From the NCBI GenBank assembly GCA_964482135.1, contig CAYZWF010000009.1, forward strand, positions 1 to 62,520: 62,520 bases of DNA. Direction: 5' to 3'. Position 1 is the first letter of the stretch, and each line of letters starts with the position of its first letter. A program made the position numbers and the translations under genes. The notes below the pieces were generated by a model. It was not told the DNA's origin, did not search any database, and saw only the letters and a program-made list of their open reading frames with translations. Of the stretch, positions 39,498 to 52,982 are shown one piece after another. The DNA comes from an uncultured Rhodospirillaceae bacterium. GTDB lineage: Bacteria > Pseudomonadota > Alphaproteobacteria > UBA11136.

Positions 39498-39968
39498 ATG
39501 TCGCGACGTCACGCAGCCGAAAAACGCGAGGTCATGCCCGATGCCAAATATGGCGACCGGGTTCTCGCCAAGTTCATCACCTGTCTCATGGTGGATGGCA
39601 AGAAATCCGTTGCCGAAACCATCGTCTATGGCGCGCTGGACACCATCGAGAGCCGTTCCGGCGGCGATCCCCTCAAGACATTCCGCGAGGCCCTGGACAA
39701 TGTGCGTCCCGGCGTCGAAGTGCGTTCGCGCCGTGTCGGTGGCGCCACCTATCAGGTGCCCGTCGAGGTTCGCTCCGACCGCGCCCAGGCTCTGGCCATC
39801 CGCTGGCTTATCGCCAGCGCGCGGGCGCGTTCCGAGACCACCATGGTGGGCCGCCTCAGCAACGAATTCAGCGATGCCGCCGAAAACCGTGGCTCCGCGG
39901 TGAAAAAGCGCGAAGACACCCACCGTATGGCCGAAGCCAATCGTGCTTTCGCCCATTACCGCTGGTAG
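39498..39968 (+). CDS. rpsG: 30S ribosomal protein S7
   Basis: [25 protein letters not shown]. Confidence 0.99.
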   Translation: MSRRHAAEKREVMPDAKYGDRVLAKFITCLMVDGKKSVAETIVYGALDTIESRSGGDPLKTFREALDNVRPGVEVRSRRVGGATYQVPVEVRSDRAQALAIRWLIASARARSETTMVGRLSNEFSDAAENRGSAVKKREDTHRMAEANRAFAHYRW

Positions 39969-39991
39969 AGCTTTAAAGGACGGACCCGGCA

Positions 39992-42070
39992 ATGGCGCGC
40001 AAGACTCCCATAGATCGTTACCGTAACATCGGTATCATGGCGCATATCGACGCTGGCAAGACCACCACCACCGAGCGCGTCCTCTATTACACGGGTGTCT
40101 CCCATAAAATCGGCGAGGTCCATGACGGCGCCGCCACTATGGACTGGATGGAGCAGGAGCAGGAGCGGGGTATTACCATTACCTCGGCCGCCACCACCTG
40201 CTTCTGGAACGATCACCGTATCAATATCATCGACACTCCGGGCCATGTGGATTTCACCATTGAGGTGGAGCGCAGCCTGCGTGTGCTTGACGGCGCGGTT
40301 TGCGTGTTCGACAGCGTCGCCGGTGTCGAGCCGCAGTCGGAGACAGTCTGGCGCCAGGCCGACAAATACGGCGTTCCGCGCATGTGTTTCGTCAACAAAA
40401 TGGACCGCACCGGCGCCGATTTCTACCGCTGCGTGGAGATGATCGACGACCGTCTCGGCGCGGTGCCGCTGGTGCTCCAGCTTCCCGTCGGATCAGAGGC
40501 CGAATATGCCGGTCTCGTTGACCTCCTTCTCATGAAGGCGGTGATCTGGGAAGACGAGGAACTGGGCGCCAAATACAATCAAGTGGACGTTCCCGCCGAC
40601 TTGGCTGAAAAGGCCGCCGAATACCGTGAAAAGCTCATCGAGCACGCGGTGGAACAGGACGATGCGGCCATGGAGGCCTATCTCGAGGGCAACGAGCCCG
40701 ATATGGAGACCCTCAAGGCCTGTATCCGCAAGGGCACCCTTTCCGGTGACTTCGTCCCGGTCCTCTGTGGCTCGGCTTTCAAGAACAAGGGCGTGCAGCC
40801 GCTTCTCGACGCGGTGGTGGATTTTCTGCCTGCCCCCACCGAAGTGCCGGCCATCAAGGGTGTGCATCCCGATTCCGACGAGGAAATGGTGCGCGAAAGC
40901 TCCGATGACGAGCCTTTCGCCGCTCTCGCCTTCAAGGTCATGACCGATCCCTTTGTGGGCTCGCTGACCTTTGCCCGCATCTATTCGGGCGTGGTGGAGA
41001 CCGGCGCCAGCACCCTCAATTCGGTCAAGGGCAAGCGCGAGCGTATTGGCCGCATGCTGCAGATGCATTCCAACAGCCGCGAAGACATCAAAGAGGCCCG
41101 CGCCGGCGATATCGTCGCCATCGCCGGTCTCAAGGCCACCACCACCGGCGACACCCTGTGCGATCCCGACAAGGCCGTGATCCTCGAGCGCATGGAATTC
41201 CCCGATCCGGTGATCGAAGTGGCGGTGGAACCCAAGACCAAGGCCGACCAGGAAAAGATGGGCGTGGCTTTGGCCCGTCTTGCTTCCGAAGACCCCTCCT
41301 TCCAGGTCTCGGTGGACCATGAAAGCGCCCAGACCGTGATCAAGGGCATGGGCGAGCTTCATCTCGAAATTCTGGTTGACCGCATGAAGCGCGAATTCAA
41401 TGTAGAGGCTAATGTGGGCGCACCCCAGGTGGCCTATCGCGAAACCATTACCAAGTCCTTCGAAATCGATCATACCCACAAGAAACAGACTGGCGGCTCG
41501 GGCCAGTTCGCGCGCATCAAGCTCCAGTTCGAGCCCCTGGAGCCCGGCGAAGGCTTCCAGTTCGAGAGCGCCGTCGTCGGTGGCCGCGTGCCCAAGGAAT
41601 ACATCCCCGGCGTGGAAAAGGGCCTGAAATCCTCCTGCGAATCTGGCGTTATCGTCGGTTTCCCGGTCATCGACTTCAAGGCGACTCTGGTGGACGGCGC
41701 CCATCATGACGTGGATTCCAGCGTCATGGCCTTCGAGATCGCCGCCCGCGCGGCTTTCCGCGAGGGCATCTCCCAGGCCGGTCCGGTCCTTCTCGAGCCC
41801 ATGATGCGGGTCGAGGTGGTGACCCCGGAAGACTACATGGGCGACATCATCGGCGACCTCAACAGCCGTCGCGGCCAGATGGGCGGTATGGAACAGCGCG
41901 GCAATGCCCGTGTCATCGGCGCCCAGGTGCCGCTGGCCAATATGTTCGGTTATGTGAACACGCTACGTTCCATGAGCCAGGGCCGCGCCCAGTACAGCAT
42001 GCATTTCGATCACTATGAACAGGTTCCCCAGCATGTGGCGGACGAAGTCCGCGAAAAGCTGTCGGGCTAA
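39992..42070 (+). CDS. fusA: Elongation factor G
   Basis: [25 protein letters not shown]. Confidence 0.99.
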   Translation: MARKTPIDRYRNIGIMAHIDAGKTTTTERVLYYTGVSHKIGEVHDGAATMDWMEQEQERGITITSAATTCFWNDHRINIIDTPGHVDFTIEVERSLRVLDGAVCVFDSVAGVEPQSETVWRQADKYGVPRMCFVNKMDRTGADFYRCVEMIDDRLGAVPLVLQLPVGSEAEYAGLVDLLLMKAVIWEDEELGAKYNQVDVPADLAEKAAEYREKLIEHAVEQDDAAMEAYLEGNEPDMETLKACIRKGTLSGDFVPVLCGSAFKNKGVQPLLDAVVDFLPAPTEVPAIKGVHPDSDEEMVRESSDDEPFAALAFKVMTDPFVGSLTFARIYSGVVETGASTLNSVKGKRERIGRMLQMHSNSREDIKEARAGDIVAIAGLKATTTGDTLCDPDKAVILERMEFPDPVIEVAVEPKTKADQEKMGVALARLASEDPSFQVSVDHESAQTVIKGMGELHLEILVDRMKREFNVEANVGAPQVAYRETITKSFEIDHTHKKQTGGSGQFARIKLQFEPLEPGEGFQFESAVVGGRVPKEYIPGVEKGLKSSCESGVIVGFPVIDFKATLVDGAHHDVDSSVMAFEIAARAAFREGISQAGPVLLEPMMRVEVVTPEDYMGDIIGDLNSRRGQMGGMEQRGNARVIGAQVPLANMFGYVNTLRSMSQGRAQYSMHFDHYEQVPQHVADEVREKLSG

Positions 42071-42084
42071 TGGAGAATTAAGAG

Positions 42085-43275
<1,191 letters not shown>

Positions 43276-43286
43276 GAAACGGCGTA

Positions 43287-43595
43287 ATGGAAAACCAGAA
43301 CATCCGCATACGGCTCAAGGCGTTCGATCACCGCGTGCTCGACCAGTCCACCGTGGAGATCGTGGAGACCGCCAAGCGGACCGGCGCCCAGGTACGGGGA
43401 CCGATCCCGCTGCCCACGCGTATCGAGAAGTTCACGGTTTTGCGTTCGCCCCATATCGACAAGAAATCACGGGAACAATTTGAAATTCGTACCCATAAGC
43501 GGCTTCTGGACATTATCGATCCGACGCCGCAGACCGTGGATGCGTTGATGAAACTCGACCTCGCCTCCGGCGTGGACGTGGAAATCAAGCTCTAG
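43287..43595 (+). CDS. rpsJ: 30S ribosomal protein S10
   Basis: [23 protein letters not shown]. Confidence 0.99.
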   Translation: MENQNIRIRLKAFDHRVLDQSTVEIVETAKRTGAQVRGPIPLPTRIEKFTVLRSPHIDKKSREQFEIRTHKRLLDIIDPTPQTVDALMKLDLASGVDVEIKL

Positions 43596-43597
43596 GA

Positions 43598-44413
43598 ATG
43601 ACGAGCATGCGTTCAGGAATCATTGCCCGCAAACTCGGTATGTCGCGCGTCTTTAACGATTCGGGCGTGCATGTTCCGGTCACCGTACTCCAGGTGGACG
43701 ACTGCCAGGTGGTGTCGGTCGCGTCCCAGGACACGCGCGGCTATTCGGCGGTACAGCTGGGCGTGGGCACGGCCAAGGTCAAGAATGTGGGCAAGGCCAT
43801 GCGCGGCCATTACGCCAAGGCCAAGGTGGAGCCGAAGCACCGTCTCGGCGAATTCCGGGTCGATCCCGACGCTCTTCTCGAGGTTGGCGCATCGCTTTCC
43901 GTCGATCACTTCGCGCCCGGCCAGTATGTGGACGCCTGTGGCGTTAGCATCGGCAAGGGCTTTGCCGGCGGCATGAAACGGCACAATTTTGCTGGTCTGC
44001 GCGCCAGCCACGGCGTCTCCGTTTCTCACCGCGCCCTCGGTTCCACCGGCCAGTGCCAGGATCCCGGCCGTGTGTTCAAGGGCAAGAAGATGGCCGGTCA
44101 CATGGGCGCGAAACAGGTCACCGTACAGAACCTGCAAGTGGTCGCCACCGATACCGAGCGTGGCCTGATTTTGGTCAAGGGCGCGGTTCCCGGCGCCAAG
44201 GGCGGTTATCTCAGGCTCTCCGACGCCAAGAAAAAGCCGGCCTTTGACCCCGCGGCGGCGGAGGCGGAGGCGGAAGCCAAAGAGGCGGCCGAGGACCAGG
44301 GCCCGACCAAGAAGGAACTGGCCCAACAGGCCAAGGCCGAAGCAGAGGCCGCCGGGGATGCTCCTAAAGAGGAAGCTCCCGCCGAAGCCGAGAATAAGGA
44401 CGCAGGCGAATGA
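43598..44413 (+). CDS. rplC: 50S ribosomal protein L3 with acidic C-terminal extension
   Basis: [32 protein letters not shown]. Confidence 0.98.
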   Translation: MTSMRSGIIARKLGMSRVFNDSGVHVPVTVLQVDDCQVVSVASQDTRGYSAVQLGVGTAKVKNVGKAMRGHYAKAKVEPKHRLGEFRVDPDALLEVGASLSVDHFAPGQYVDACGVSIGKGFAGGMKRHNFAGLRASHGVSVSHRALGSTGQCQDPGRVFKGKKMAGHMGAKQVTVQNLQVVATDTERGLILVKGAVPGAKGGYLRLSDAKKKPAFDPAAAEAEAEAKEAAEDQGPTKKELAQQAKAEAEAAGDAPKEEAPAEAENKDAGE

Positions 44414-45030
44414 AGGTGGCGGTGAAAAATCTCGACAACAAGAGTGTGGGGGATGTGGATCTCAACGAGGCCGTATTCGGCGTCGATGCGCGTCCCGATA
44501 TTCTCGCCCGTATGGTCACCTGGCAGCTCGCCAAGCGCCGCGCCGGAACCCACAAGACCCGGGGCATCAGCGAAATCCGCGGCACCACGGCCAAGCCATG
44601 GCGCCAGAAGGGGAGCGGCCGCGCCCGTGCCGGCAGCGTTCGCTCGCCCCAATTCCGTGGTGGTGCGGTGATCTTCGGCCCGGTGGTGCGCGGCCATGGT
44701 CACAAGCTGCCCAAGAAGGTGCGCAAGCTGGCTTTGAAGACGGCGCTTTCGGCGAAACAGGCCGAGGGCAAGCTGATGGTTCTCGACTCCACCAAGATGT
44801 CCAAGCCCAAGACTTCGGACCTGGCCAAGCATCTCGCCAAGCTCGGTCTCGATAAGGCGCTGGTCATCGACGGGGCGGAAGTGAACGAGAATTTCGGCCG
44901 CGCGGCGGCCAATCTCCGGGGCATTGACGTGCTCCCGCAGCAGGGGATCAACGTCTACGACATCCTGCGCTGCGATACCCTGGTTCTGACCAGGGACGCG
45001 GTGAGCCATCTCGAGGAGCGCCTGAAATGA
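44410..45030 (+). CDS. rplD: 50S ribosomal protein L4
   Basis: [22 protein letters not shown]. Confidence 0.98.
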   Translation: MKVAVKNLDNKSVGDVDLNEAVFGVDARPDILARMVTWQLAKRRAGTHKTRGISEIRGTTAKPWRQKGSGRARAGSVRSPQFRGGAVIFGPVVRGHGHKLPKKVRKLALKTALSAKQAEGKLMVLDSTKMSKPKTSDLAKHLAKLGLDKALVIDGAEVNENFGRAAANLRGIDVLPQQGINVYDILRCDTLVLTRDAVSHLEERLK

Positions 45031-45341
45031 GCCGCAACCTCAAATCCGTGAGCCGTGAACGCATGTACGACATCGTGCGCCGTCCCGTGATTACCGAAAA
45101 GGCGACGCGTGGTTCGGAGCACAACCAGGTGACCTTCGAAGTGGCGCTGGACGCCTCCAAGCCGGAGATCAGGCAGGCCGTGGAAACCCTGTTCGACGTC
45201 AAGGTAACCGGCGTCAACACCCTGCGCGTAAAGGGTAAGGAAAAACGTTTCAAGGGGCGTCTTGGACGCCGCAGTGACTACAAGAAAGCCATCGTGACGC
45301 TGGGCGAAGGTCAGCATATCGATGTCACCACCGGGATCTAG
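45027..45341 (+). CDS. rplW: 50S ribosomal protein L23
   Basis: [24 protein letters not shown]. Confidence 0.98.
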   Translation: MSRNLKSVSRERMYDIVRRPVITEKATRGSEHNQVTFEVALDASKPEIRQAVETLFDVKVTGVNTLRVKGKEKRFKGRLGRRSDYKKAIVTLGEGQHIDVTTGI

Positions 45342-45346
45342 AGAAC

Positions 45347-46171
45347 ATGGCGCTGAAAACACATAAACCGACAACGCCGTCACGGCGCGGACTGGTCCTG
45401 GTGGACCGCTCCCACCTGTGGAAGGGCAAGCCCGAGAAGACTCTGGTCGAAGGCAAGTCGCAGAAGGGCGGACGCAACAATGCCGGACGCCTGACCATGC
45501 GCCACCAGGGCGGCGGGCACAAACGCGCCTATCGCCGCGTTGATTTCAAGCGTACCAAGTTCGATGTGCCGGCCACGGTGGAACGTATCGAATATGATCC
45601 CAACCGCACCGCCTATATCGCGCTGATCACCTATGACGACGGCGAAAAAGCCTACATCCTCGCGCCCCAGCGTTTGGCGGCCGGTGACAAGGTGGTGGCC
45701 GCCGACAAGGCCGACATCAAGCCCGGCAACGCCATGCCCATGAGGAGCATTCCCGTGGGCACCATCATCCACAATGTGGAGATGAAGCCGGGCAAGGGCG
45801 GCCAGATCGCCCGTTCGGCGGGCACCTATGTCCAGCTCGTGGGCCGTGATGCGGGCTATGCCCTGCTCAAGATGACGTCGGGAGAAATGCGCCGGGTTCG
45901 GGCCGAATGCATGGCCACCATCGGCGCCGTTTCCAATTCCGACCAGCAGAATATCAAACTCGGCAAGGCCGGGCGCAGCCGCTGGCTGGGCCGCCGTCCC
46001 ACGGTTCGCGGCGTGGTCATGAATCCCGTCGATCATCCCCATGGCGGCGGCGAAGGCCGCACCTCTGGCGGGCGTCATCCCGTCACGCCCTGGGGCAAGC
46101 CCACCAAGGGCAAGAGAACCCGTAACAACAAGGCAACGGATAAATACATTATCCGTCGCCGCAAGAAATAG
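45347..46171 (+). CDS. rplB: 50S ribosomal protein L2
   Basis: [22 protein letters not shown]. Confidence 0.99.
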   Translation: MALKTHKPTTPSRRGLVLVDRSHLWKGKPEKTLVEGKSQKGGRNNAGRLTMRHQGGGHKRAYRRVDFKRTKFDVPATVERIEYDPNRTAYIALITYDDGEKAYILAPQRLAAGDKVVAADKADIKPGNAMPMRSIPVGTIIHNVEMKPGKGGQIARSAGTYVQLVGRDAGYALLKMTSGEMRRVRAECMATIGAVSNSDQQNIKLGKAGRSRWLGRRPTVRGVVMNPVDHPHGGGEGRTSGGRHPVTPWGKPTKGKRTRNNKATDKYIIRRRKK

Positions 46172-46186
46172 TAGGAGACAGAACCT

Positions 46187-46465
46187 TTGGCTCGTTCCGT
46201 TTGGAAAGGACCCTTTGTCGACGGCTATCTCCTTAAGAAAGCCGAGGCCACCCATGGTTCAGGGCGCAAGGAGGTCATCAAGACCTGGTCGCGCCGTTCC
46301 ACCATCCTGCCGCAATTCGTGGGGCTGACCTTTGGTGTCCATAACGGCCACAAGTTCATCCCGGTTCTGGTGTCGGAAAACATGGTGGGTCACAAGTTCG
46401 GGGAATTTTCCCCCACCCGCACCTATCACGGCCATCAGGCCGACAAAAAGGCGAAGAGGGAATAG
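46187..46465 (+). CDS. rpsS: 30S ribosomal protein S19 (TTG start)
   Basis: [31 protein letters not shown]; AGGAG RBS. Confidence 0.98.
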   Translation: MARSVWKGPFVDGYLLKKAEATHGSGRKEVIKTWSRRSTILPQFVGLTFGVHNGHKFIPVLVSENMVGHKFGEFSPTRTYHGHQADKKAKRE

Positions 46466-46471
46466 TCGGGC

Positions 46472-46852
46472 ATGGGCAAGCAAGCAACCCAACGCCGCCT
46501 CGCGGATAACGAGGCAATGGCCATGGTCAAGGCCGTGCGCACCAGCCCCCAGAAGCTCAATCTGGTGGCGGCGCTGATCCGTGGCCGCGACGTGGGTTCC
46601 GCCATGGCGCGGCTCGACTTCTGCCGCCGCCGTATCGCCGGGGATGTGCGTAAGGCTCTGGAATCGGCCATCGCCAACGCCGAGAACAACCACCAGCTTG
46701 ACGTGGACCGCCTCTATGTGAGCGAAGCCACGGTGGGCCGCAGTTTCGTTATGCGCCGCTGGCGCGCCCGCGCCCGTGGCCGCACGGCGCGCATCCAGAA
46801 ACCCTTCAGCCGTCTGACCATCGTGGTCCGCGAGAAAGAGGAGAGCGTCTAA
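46472..46852 (+). CDS. rplV: 50S ribosomal protein L22
   Basis: [29 protein letters not shown]. Confidence 0.98.
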   Translation: MGKQATQRRLADNEAMAMVKAVRTSPQKLNLVAALIRGRDVGSAMARLDFCRRRIAGDVRKALESAIANAENNHQLDVDRLYVSEATVGRSFVMRRWRARARGRTARIQKPFSRLTIVVREKEESV

Positions 46853-47529
46853 TGGGTCAGAAGGTCAATCCCATCGGCTTCCGGTTGGGGATCAACCGAA
46901 CCTGGGATTCCCGCTGGTACGCCGGGGATCAGTACGGCGATCTCCTGCAGGAGGACATCAAGCTGCGCGAGTATCTGGAAAAACGTCTGGCCCAGGCCGG
47001 CGTCTCGCGCATCGTCATTGAACGCCCCGCCAAGCGCCCCCGCATCAGCATCCACACCGCCCGTCCCGGCGTGGTGATCGGCAAAAAAGGCGCCGACATC
47101 GAAAAGCTGCGCCAGGATATCGGCAAGATGGTTGGCGACGAGGTTCACCTCAACATCATCGAGATTCGCAAGCCGGAAATCGACGCAAAGCTGATCGCCG
47201 ACAATATTTCCCAACAGCTGGTGCGGCGCATCGCTTTCCGCCGGGCCATGAAGCGCGCCGTGCAATCGGCCATGCGTCTGGGCGCGGAAGGCATCCGAAT
47301 CAATGTGGGCGGCCGTCTCGGCGGCGCTGAAATCGCCCGCATGGAATGGTACCGCGAGGGCCGGGTGCCGCTGCACACTTTGCGCGCCGACATCGATTAC
47401 GGCACCGCCACCGCGTTCACCACCTATGGCACCTGCGGCATCAAGGTCTGGGTGTTCAAGGGTGAAATTCTCGAACACGATCCCATGGCTCAGGACAAGC
47501 GCGCCGCTGAAACCCAGCTCGGCCGCTAG
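46852..47529 (+). CDS. rpsC: 30S ribosomal protein S3
   Basis: [37 protein letters not shown]. Confidence 0.99.
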   Translation: MGQKVNPIGFRLGINRTWDSRWYAGDQYGDLLQEDIKLREYLEKRLAQAGVSRIVIERPAKRPRISIHTARPGVVIGKKGADIEKLRQDIGKMVGDEVHLNIIEIRKPEIDAKLIADNISQQLVRRIAFRRAMKRAVQSAMRLGAEGIRINVGGRLGGAEIARMEWYREGRVPLHTLRADIDYGTATAFTTYGTCGIKVWVFKGEILEHDPMAQDKRAAETQLGR

Positions 47530-47538
47530 GAAAAAAAG

Positions 47539-47958
47539 ATGTTAAGTCCGAAACGAACAAAGTTCCGCAAGGCCCATAAGGGACGCATCCATGGCAACGC
47601 CAAGGGTGGCACCCAGCTCAACTTCGGTAAATACGGGCTGAAAGCGATGGCGCCCGAGCGCCTTACCGCGCGCCAGATCGAGGCCGCGCGCCGCGCCATG
47701 ACCCGCCATATGAAACGTACCGGCCGGGTCTGGATTCGTATTTTCCCGGACCTTCCGGTGTCCACGAAACCGGCCGAGGTGCGCCAGGGCAAGGGCAAGG
47801 GCACGCCCGAATACTGGGCCTGCCGCGTGGCGCCGGGACGTATCCTGTTCGAGGTCGACGGCGTGTCGCGCGATCTTGCCGAGGAAGCCTTCGCATTGGC
47901 GGCGGCCAAGCTGCCCATCGCCACCCGCTTCGTTACCCGCTTGGGCGAGGAGGGCTAG
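47539..47958 (+). CDS. rplP: 50S ribosomal protein L16
   Basis: [27 protein letters not shown]. Confidence 0.99.
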   Translation: MLSPKRTKFRKAHKGRIHGNAKGGTQLNFGKYGLKAMAPERLTARQIEAARRAMTRHMKRTGRVWIRIFPDLPVSTKPAEVRQGKGKGTPEYWACRVAPGRILFEVDGVSRDLAEEAFALAAAKLPIATRFVTRLGEEG

Positions 47959-47961
47959 ATC

Positions 47962-48171
47962 ATGTCTATTGCCGATTTCCGCGCCATGAGCGCCGACGAG
48001 CTTGGAACCAAGCTTGTGGAGCTAAAGAAAGAATCATTCAACCTGCGCTTCCAGGGGGCCAGCGGCCAGCTTGAGAACACGTCGCGGGTTCGCGTGGTGC
48101 GGCGCGATATCGCACGGATCAAGACGGTGCTGGGTGAAATGCAGCTCGCAGCCACACAGGAGAAGACATAA
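47962..48171 (+). CDS. rpmC: 50S ribosomal protein L29
   Basis: [21 protein letters not shown]. Confidence 0.97.
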   Translation: MSIADFRAMSADELGTKLVELKKESFNLRFQGASGQLENTSRVRVVRRDIARIKTVLGEMQLAATQEKT

Positions 48172-48428
48172 TGTCAAAGCGTGTCCTGCAGGGAACCGTG
48201 GTTAGCGACGGCGGCGACAAGACCGTTGTGGTGCGCGTGGAGCGCCGCTTCATGCACCCCCTCTATAAAAAATATATCACCAAGTCGAAGAAATATGCGG
48301 CCCATGACGAAGCCAACGCCTGCAAGACCGGCGACAAGGTGCGTATCCGGGAATGCCGCCCCATCTCCAAGCGCAAATGCTGGGAGGTTCTGGGCGAGGT
48401 GGCCGAAGCTACGGGGGCGAAGGGATAG
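48171..48428 (+). CDS. rpsQ: 30S ribosomal protein S17
   Basis: GTVVSD..DKTVVV, HPLYKK, RPISKRK. Confidence 0.98.
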   Translation: MSKRVLQGTVVSDGGDKTVVVRVERRFMHPLYKKYITKSKKYAAHDEANACKTGDKVRIRECRPISKRKCWEVLGEVAEATGAKG

Positions 48429-48431
48429 ACC

Positions 48432-48800
48432 ATGATCCAGATGCAGACAAATCTGGAAGTCGCCGACAATTCCGGCGCCCGCAAAGTACAGTGCATCAAG
48501 GTGCTGGGCGGGTCCAAGCGCAGGACGGCGTCGGTGGGTGATGTCATCGTGGTGACGGTGAAAGAGGCGATTCCGCGCGGCCGCGTCAAAAAGGGCGAGA
48601 TTCACCGCGCCGTGATCGTGCGTACCGCCAAGGACGTCCAGCGTCCCGATGGTTCGGCGATCCGTTTCGACCGCAACGCGGCGGTGCTGATTAATCCCCA
48701 GGGGGAACCCGTGGGCACGCGTATTTTCGGCCCCGTGACCCGTGAACTGCGCGCCAAACGCTTTATGAAGATCATTTCTCTCGCGCCGGAGGTGCTGTGA
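48432..48800 (+). CDS. rplN: 50S ribosomal protein L14
   Basis: [31 protein letters not shown]. Confidence 0.99.
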   Translation: MIQMQTNLEVADNSGARKVQCIKVLGGSKRRTASVGDVIVVTVKEAIPRGRVKKGEIHRAVIVRTAKDVQRPDGSAIRFDRNAAVLINPQGEPVGTRIFGPVTRELRAKRFMKIISLAPEVL

Positions 48801-49129
48801 TGTCCAGGCCAGGAAAAATGAAAATCAAAAAGGGTGACGAGGTTGTGGTCATCGCCGGCCGCGACAAGGGCAAGAAGGGCAGCGTGCTGCGCGTCATCCC
48901 CGCCGAGAAACGCCTCATCGTCCAGAGTGTGAATATGGTCAAGCGCCATACCCGCGCCTCGATGGCTGAAACCGCCGGCATCATCGACAAGGAAGGCCCG
49001 ATTCACGTTTCCAACGTGGCCGTGGCCGATCCCAAGACCGGAAAGCCGAGCCGCATCGGCATCAAGACTATCAAGGATGGCTCGCGGGTGCGTTTTGCCC
49101 GGGCCTCAGGCGAGATTATCGATGGATAA
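48800..49129 (+). CDS. rplX: 50S ribosomal protein L24
   Basis: [26 protein letters not shown]; alternative start 48818. Confidence 0.97.
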   Translation: MSRPGKMKIKKGDEVVVIAGRDKGKKGSVLRVIPAEKRLIVQSVNMVKRHTRASMAETAGIIDKEGPIHVSNVAVADPKTGKPSRIGIKTIKDGSRVRFARASGEIIDG

Positions 49130-49136
49130 GCATGAA

Positions 49137-49688
49137 ATGACCCGTCTCCAGGACCATTACGAGAACGTGCTGAAGGCCGAACTGATGACCGAGTTTGCCT
49201 ATAAGAACGCCATGGAAGTGCCGCGCCTCGAAAAAATCGTGATCAATATGGGCGTCGGCGAGGCCTCAGACGATTCCAAAAAGATCGAATCCGCCGTCGC
49301 CGACATGACCCGGATCGCCGGACAAAAGCCCATCGTCACCAAGGCCAAACGGTCGGTGGCCAACTTCAAGCTGCGCGAAGGCGTGGACATCGGCTGCAAG
49401 GTGACGTTGCGCCGTGACCGCATGTATGAATTTCTTGATCGCCTTGTCACCATTGCCCTGCCACGGGTGCGTGATTTCCGGGGTGTTTCCGACAAAAGCT
49501 TCGACGGGCGCGGCAATTACGCGCTGGGCCTCAAGGAACAAATCGTGTTTCCCGAAATCGATTACGACAAGGTGGACAAAGTCAGGGGTCTCGACGTGGT
49601 GATGGTCACCACCGCCAAGACCGACAAGGAAGCCAGGGCTCTGTTGAAGGGCTTCAATATGCCGTTTCAATCAGCGGACGAGGAGTAG
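49137..49688 (+). CDS. rplE: 50S ribosomal protein L5
   Basis: [30 protein letters not shown]. Confidence 0.98.
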   Translation: MTRLQDHYENVLKAELMTEFAYKNAMEVPRLEKIVINMGVGEASDDSKKIESAVADMTRIAGQKPIVTKAKRSVANFKLREGVDIGCKVTLRRDRMYEFLDRLVTIALPRVRDFRGVSDKSFDGRGNYALGLKEQIVFPEIDYDKVDKVRGLDVVMVTTAKTDKEARALLKGFNMPFQSADEE

Positions 49689-49692
49689 ACAT

Positions 49693-49998
49693 ATGGCGAA
49701 ATGCAGCGCCATCGAAAGAAACAAAAAGCGTACACGTTTGGCGAAGAAATTCGCCGCCCGGCGCGCGCGTTTGAAGGAAATGGCCAAGGACCAGTCCTTG
49801 ACCCCGGAAGACCGCTTTAACGCCCGGCTCAAGCTGGCGGAGATACCCCGCGCCGCGGCGCCGGTGCGCCAGCGCAACCGTTGTGCGCTGACGGGGCGTT
49901 CCCGTGGTGTCTATCGCAAGTTCAAGCTTTCACGCATTTCCCTGCGCGAGCTGGCCTCCAACGGCCAGATTCCGGGCATGGTTAAGTCGAGTTGGTAA
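49693..49998 (+). CDS. rpsN: 30S ribosomal protein S14 (long, non-zinc form)
   Basis: 101 aa; [23 protein letters not shown]. Confidence 0.98.
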   Translation: MAKCSAIERNKKRTRLAKKFAARRARLKEMAKDQSLTPEDRFNARLKLAEIPRAAAPVRQRNRCALTGRSRGVYRKFKLSRISLRELASNGQIPGMVKSSW

Positions 49999-50011
49999 GG
50001 GAGAAAACGGC

Positions 50012-50413
50012 ATGACAATGTCGGATCCGGTAGCGGATTTATTGACACGCATCAGAAACGGCCAGCGGGCAAACAAGTCATCGGTGTTAAGCCCGGTGTC
50101 GAGGCTGCGCGGCAGCGTTCTCGATGTGCTCAAGAGCGAAGGCTATATCCGTGGCTATGAAACCAGAAAAGACGGCGAGTCCGAGATGGAAAGCTTCCAG
50201 ATCGAGCTCAAATACCACGAAGGCAAGCCCGTGATTCACGAAATCTCCAGGGTCTCGCGGCCCGGACGCCGGGTCTATTCCAAGATCAAGGACCTGCCCC
50301 GCTATTACGGCGGGCTGGGGATCGCCATTCTCTCCACGCCCCGTGGCGTGATGTCAGACGCACAGGCGCGCCAGGCCAATGTAGGCGGCGAAATCCTGTG
50401 CCAGGTATTTTAG
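50012..50413 (+). CDS. rpsH: 30S ribosomal protein S8
   Basis: [26 protein letters not shown]. Confidence 0.98.
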   Translation: MTMSDPVADLLTRIRNGQRANKSSVLSPVSRLRGSVLDVLKSEGYIRGYETRKDGESEMESFQIELKYHEGKPVIHEISRVSRPGRRVYSKIKDLPRYYGGLGIAILSTPRGVMSDAQARQANVGGEILCQVF

Positions 50414-50423
50414 GAGAAGGGCC

Positions 50424-50957
50424 ATGTCACGAGTGGGAATGAATCCGGTATCTGTGCCCGAGGGGGTGAACGTGACCATCGCCGATGGCGCGATCACGGC
50501 CAAGGGTAAGCTCGGCGAGCTTTCTTACGGCTTTACCGAAGACGTGGACGTGGCCATGAAAGACGGTCTCATCACGGTAACGCCGAAAAGCGAATCAAAA
50601 CAGGCGCTTGCCATGTGGGGTACGATCCGAAGCCAGATTTCAAATCTGGTCAATGGCGTGGCCGAGGGCTTTTCGGTGGACCTCGAGATCAACGGCGTGG
50701 GCTACCGCGCCGCGGTGCAGGGCAAGTCTCTCGTCCTCCAGCTCGGCTACAGCCACAATATTGATTTTCCGATCCCCGAGGGCATCACCATCAAATGCGC
50801 TAAACCAACGGAACTCACGGTGTCGGGGGCCGACAAGCAACAAGTGGGACAGGTGGCGGCGAACATCCGGTCCTTCCGCAAGCCGGAACCCTACAAGGGC
50901 AAGGGCATCAAATACGTGGATGAATATATCCTGCGTAAAGAAGGCAAGAAGAAATAG
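50424..50957 (+). CDS. rplF: 50S ribosomal protein L6
   Basis: [20 protein letters not shown]. Confidence 0.98.
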   Translation: MSRVGMNPVSVPEGVNVTIADGAITAKGKLGELSYGFTEDVDVAMKDGLITVTPKSESKQALAMWGTIRSQISNLVNGVAEGFSVDLEINGVGYRAAVQGKSLVLQLGYSHNIDFPIPEGITIKCAKPTELTVSGADKQQVGQVAANIRSFRKPEPYKGKGIKYVDEYILRKEGKKK

Positions 50958-50965
50958 GTAGCGGC

Positions 50966-51328
50966 ATGCTGAATTCGAAAGAACTTTTTAAGCGCCGGAA
51001 AAAACGCTCCCGGACCAATCTCGCTAAATCGTCCGGTGGGCGTCCGCGTCTGTCCGTCTTTCGCTCGGGCAAGCATATCTATGCCCAGGTGATCGATGAC
51101 GGCAAGGGTGTGACCCTGGCCGCGGCTTCCTCCACGGACAAGGGTCTGCGCGGGAAGCTGAAAAAGGGCGCTGACACCGATGCCGCCAAGGCCGTGGGCA
51201 CGTTGGTGGCGGAACGCGCGCTTGCCGCGGGTATTTCCGAGGTGGTTTTTGACCGCGGCGGTTATCGTTATCACGGAAGGGTCAAGGCCCTTGCGGACTC
51301 TGCCCGCGAAGGCGGCCTTTCCTTTTAA
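50966..51328 (+). CDS. rplR: 50S ribosomal protein L18
   Basis: [21 protein letters not shown]. Confidence 0.98.
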   Translation: MLNSKELFKRRKKRSRTNLAKSSGGRPRLSVFRSGKHIYAQVIDDGKGVTLAAASSTDKGLRGKLKKGADTDAAKAVGTLVAERALAAGISEVVFDRGGYRYHGRVKALADSAREGGLSF

Positions 51329-51339
51329 GTGGAACAAAA

Positions 51340-51981
51340 ATGGCGGATTTGAAAAAAGACGACAAGAAACAAACTGGCGGCCAGCGCCCGCGGCGGAGGA
51401 ATCCCTCCCATGGCGAGCGCGAGGAAAGCGAGTTTATCGAGAAGCTGGTGAGCATCAACCGCGTCGCCAAGGTGGTCAAGGGTGGCCGCCGCTTTGCGTT
51501 TGGCGCGCTGGTTGTGGTGGGCGACGGCAATGGCCGCGTCGGCTTTGGCTCGGGCAAGGCGCGTGAGGTGCCCGAAGCCATCCGCAAGGCCACCGAGGAA
51601 GCCAAGGGCTCCATGGTCCGCATCCCCCTGCGCGAGGGCCGCACCCTGCATCACGACATCAGCGGCCGTTACGACGCCGGCCGGGTTCACATGCGCACCG
51701 CGCCGCCGGGCACCGGTATCATCGCCGGTGGCCCCATGCGCGCCGTGTTCGAGGCGCTTGGCCTGCGTGACGTGGTGGCCAAGTCCATCGGTTCTTCCAA
51801 TCCCCATAACATGATCCGGGCCACCTTCGAGGGTCTGACCCGAATTCTCTCGCCCCGTTCCGTGGCTTCCAAGCGCGGTAAAAAGGTGAGTGATATCATC
51901 GGCCGCCGCGAAACCGGCGAGACCGCCAACGGCGCCGCCGCCGAAGCCGCCAACGGGGCTGCTAACGGGACTGTGGAGTAG
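51340..51981 (+). CDS. rpsE: 30S ribosomal protein S5
   Basis: [32 protein letters not shown]. Confidence 0.98.
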   Translation: MADLKKDDKKQTGGQRPRRRNPSHGEREESEFIEKLVSINRVAKVVKGGRRFAFGALVVVGDGNGRVGFGSGKAREVPEAIRKATEEAKGSMVRIPLREGRTLHHDISGRYDAGRVHMRTAPPGTGIIAGGPMRAVFEALGLRDVVAKSIGSSNPHNMIRATFEGLTRILSPRSVASKRGKKVSDIIGRRETGETANGAAAEAANGAANGTVE

Positions 51982-51986
51982 GGGTC

Positions 51987-52181
51987 ATGGCTGAAAAAAA
52001 ATCAGGCACCATCAAGGTGACCCAGACCGGCAGCCCCATCGGGCGTCCCAAGGACCAGCGCGCGACCTTGATCGGCTTGGGCCTCAACAAGATGAACCGT
52101 ACCAGCGAGCTGGAAGACACCCCCGCGGTGCGCGGCATGATCAAGAAGGTGCACCATTTGGTGCGTGTGGAAACGCCGTAA
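51987..52181 (+). CDS. rpmD: 50S ribosomal protein L30
   Basis: [25 protein letters not shown]. Confidence 0.97.
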   Translation: MAEKKSGTIKVTQTGSPIGRPKDQRATLIGLGLNKMNRTSELEDTPAVRGMIKKVHHLVRVETP

Positions 52182-52235
52182 GCCCCCAGGGGAAACGGCG
52201 GGAACAGAACGGTTTTTTTACGGAATTTACTGGCT

Positions 52236-52982
52236 ATGAAACTTAATCAGATAAAAGACAATGCGGGTTCACGCCGTTCTTCCATGCGGGTCGGGCGTGG
52301 TCCGGGCTCGGGTAAGGGAAAGACCTGCGGCAGCGGCATGAAGGGTCAGAAGTCACGTACCGGCGTTGCCCTTAAGGGTTTCGAGGGCGGCCAGATGCCT
52401 CTGCACCGCCGTCTTCCCAAGCACGGTTTCACCAATATTTTCGCCAAAAAATATCAGGAAGTGACCATAGACCGCCTGCAACGGGCCATTGACGCCAAAA
52501 AGATCGATCCTAAAAAGGAGATCACGGCGCAGACCTTCACGGAGTCCGGCGTAGTGCGACGGCTGCGTGACGGCGTGCGCCTTATCGGCAACGGTGAGTT
52601 AAAGGCCAAGGTTACGGTTCATGTGGCGGGCGCCACCAAGGGCGCCGTGGCTGCCGTGGAAAAGGCCGGCGGTAAGGTTGTGGTCGCCGTGGTGGCCCGC
52701 AACGAGGATGCCGAAGCCAAGGCCGCCAAGACGGCGGAGAAGAAAGCCGCCAAGGCCGCCGCTGCCGCCGGCAAGGCCAAGGCCGCCAAGGACAGCCAAG
52801 CCGGAGAGAAAGACAAGGCGGGCAAGAAAAAAGCCAAGTCGGAGGCCAAGGCCGATGCCGCTCCCGAATCTGGGGCTCCCGAATCGAAGGCTTCCGAGTC
52901 AGAAGCCCCGAAAGAAAAGAAGGCCAAGCCCGCTCCTGAAGCGGATTCCGAGGCGCCCGGCGACGAGGGCGGTGAGGGCTAA
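52236..52982 (+). CDS. rplO: 50S ribosomal protein L15 with long Ala/Lys/Glu-rich C-terminal extension
   Basis: [31 protein letters not shown]. Confidence 0.97.
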   Translation: MKLNQIKDNAGSRRSSMRVGRGPGSGKGKTCGSGMKGQKSRTGVALKGFEGGQMPLHRRLPKHGFTNIFAKKYQEVTIDRLQRAIDAKKIDPKKEITAQTFTESGVVRRLRDGVRLIGNGELKAKVTVHVAGATKGAVAAVEKAGGKVVVAVVARNEDAEAKAAKTAEKKAAKAAAAAGKAKAAKDSQAGEKDKAGKKKAKSEAKADAAPESGAPESKASESEAPKEKKAKPAPEADSEAPGDEGGEG

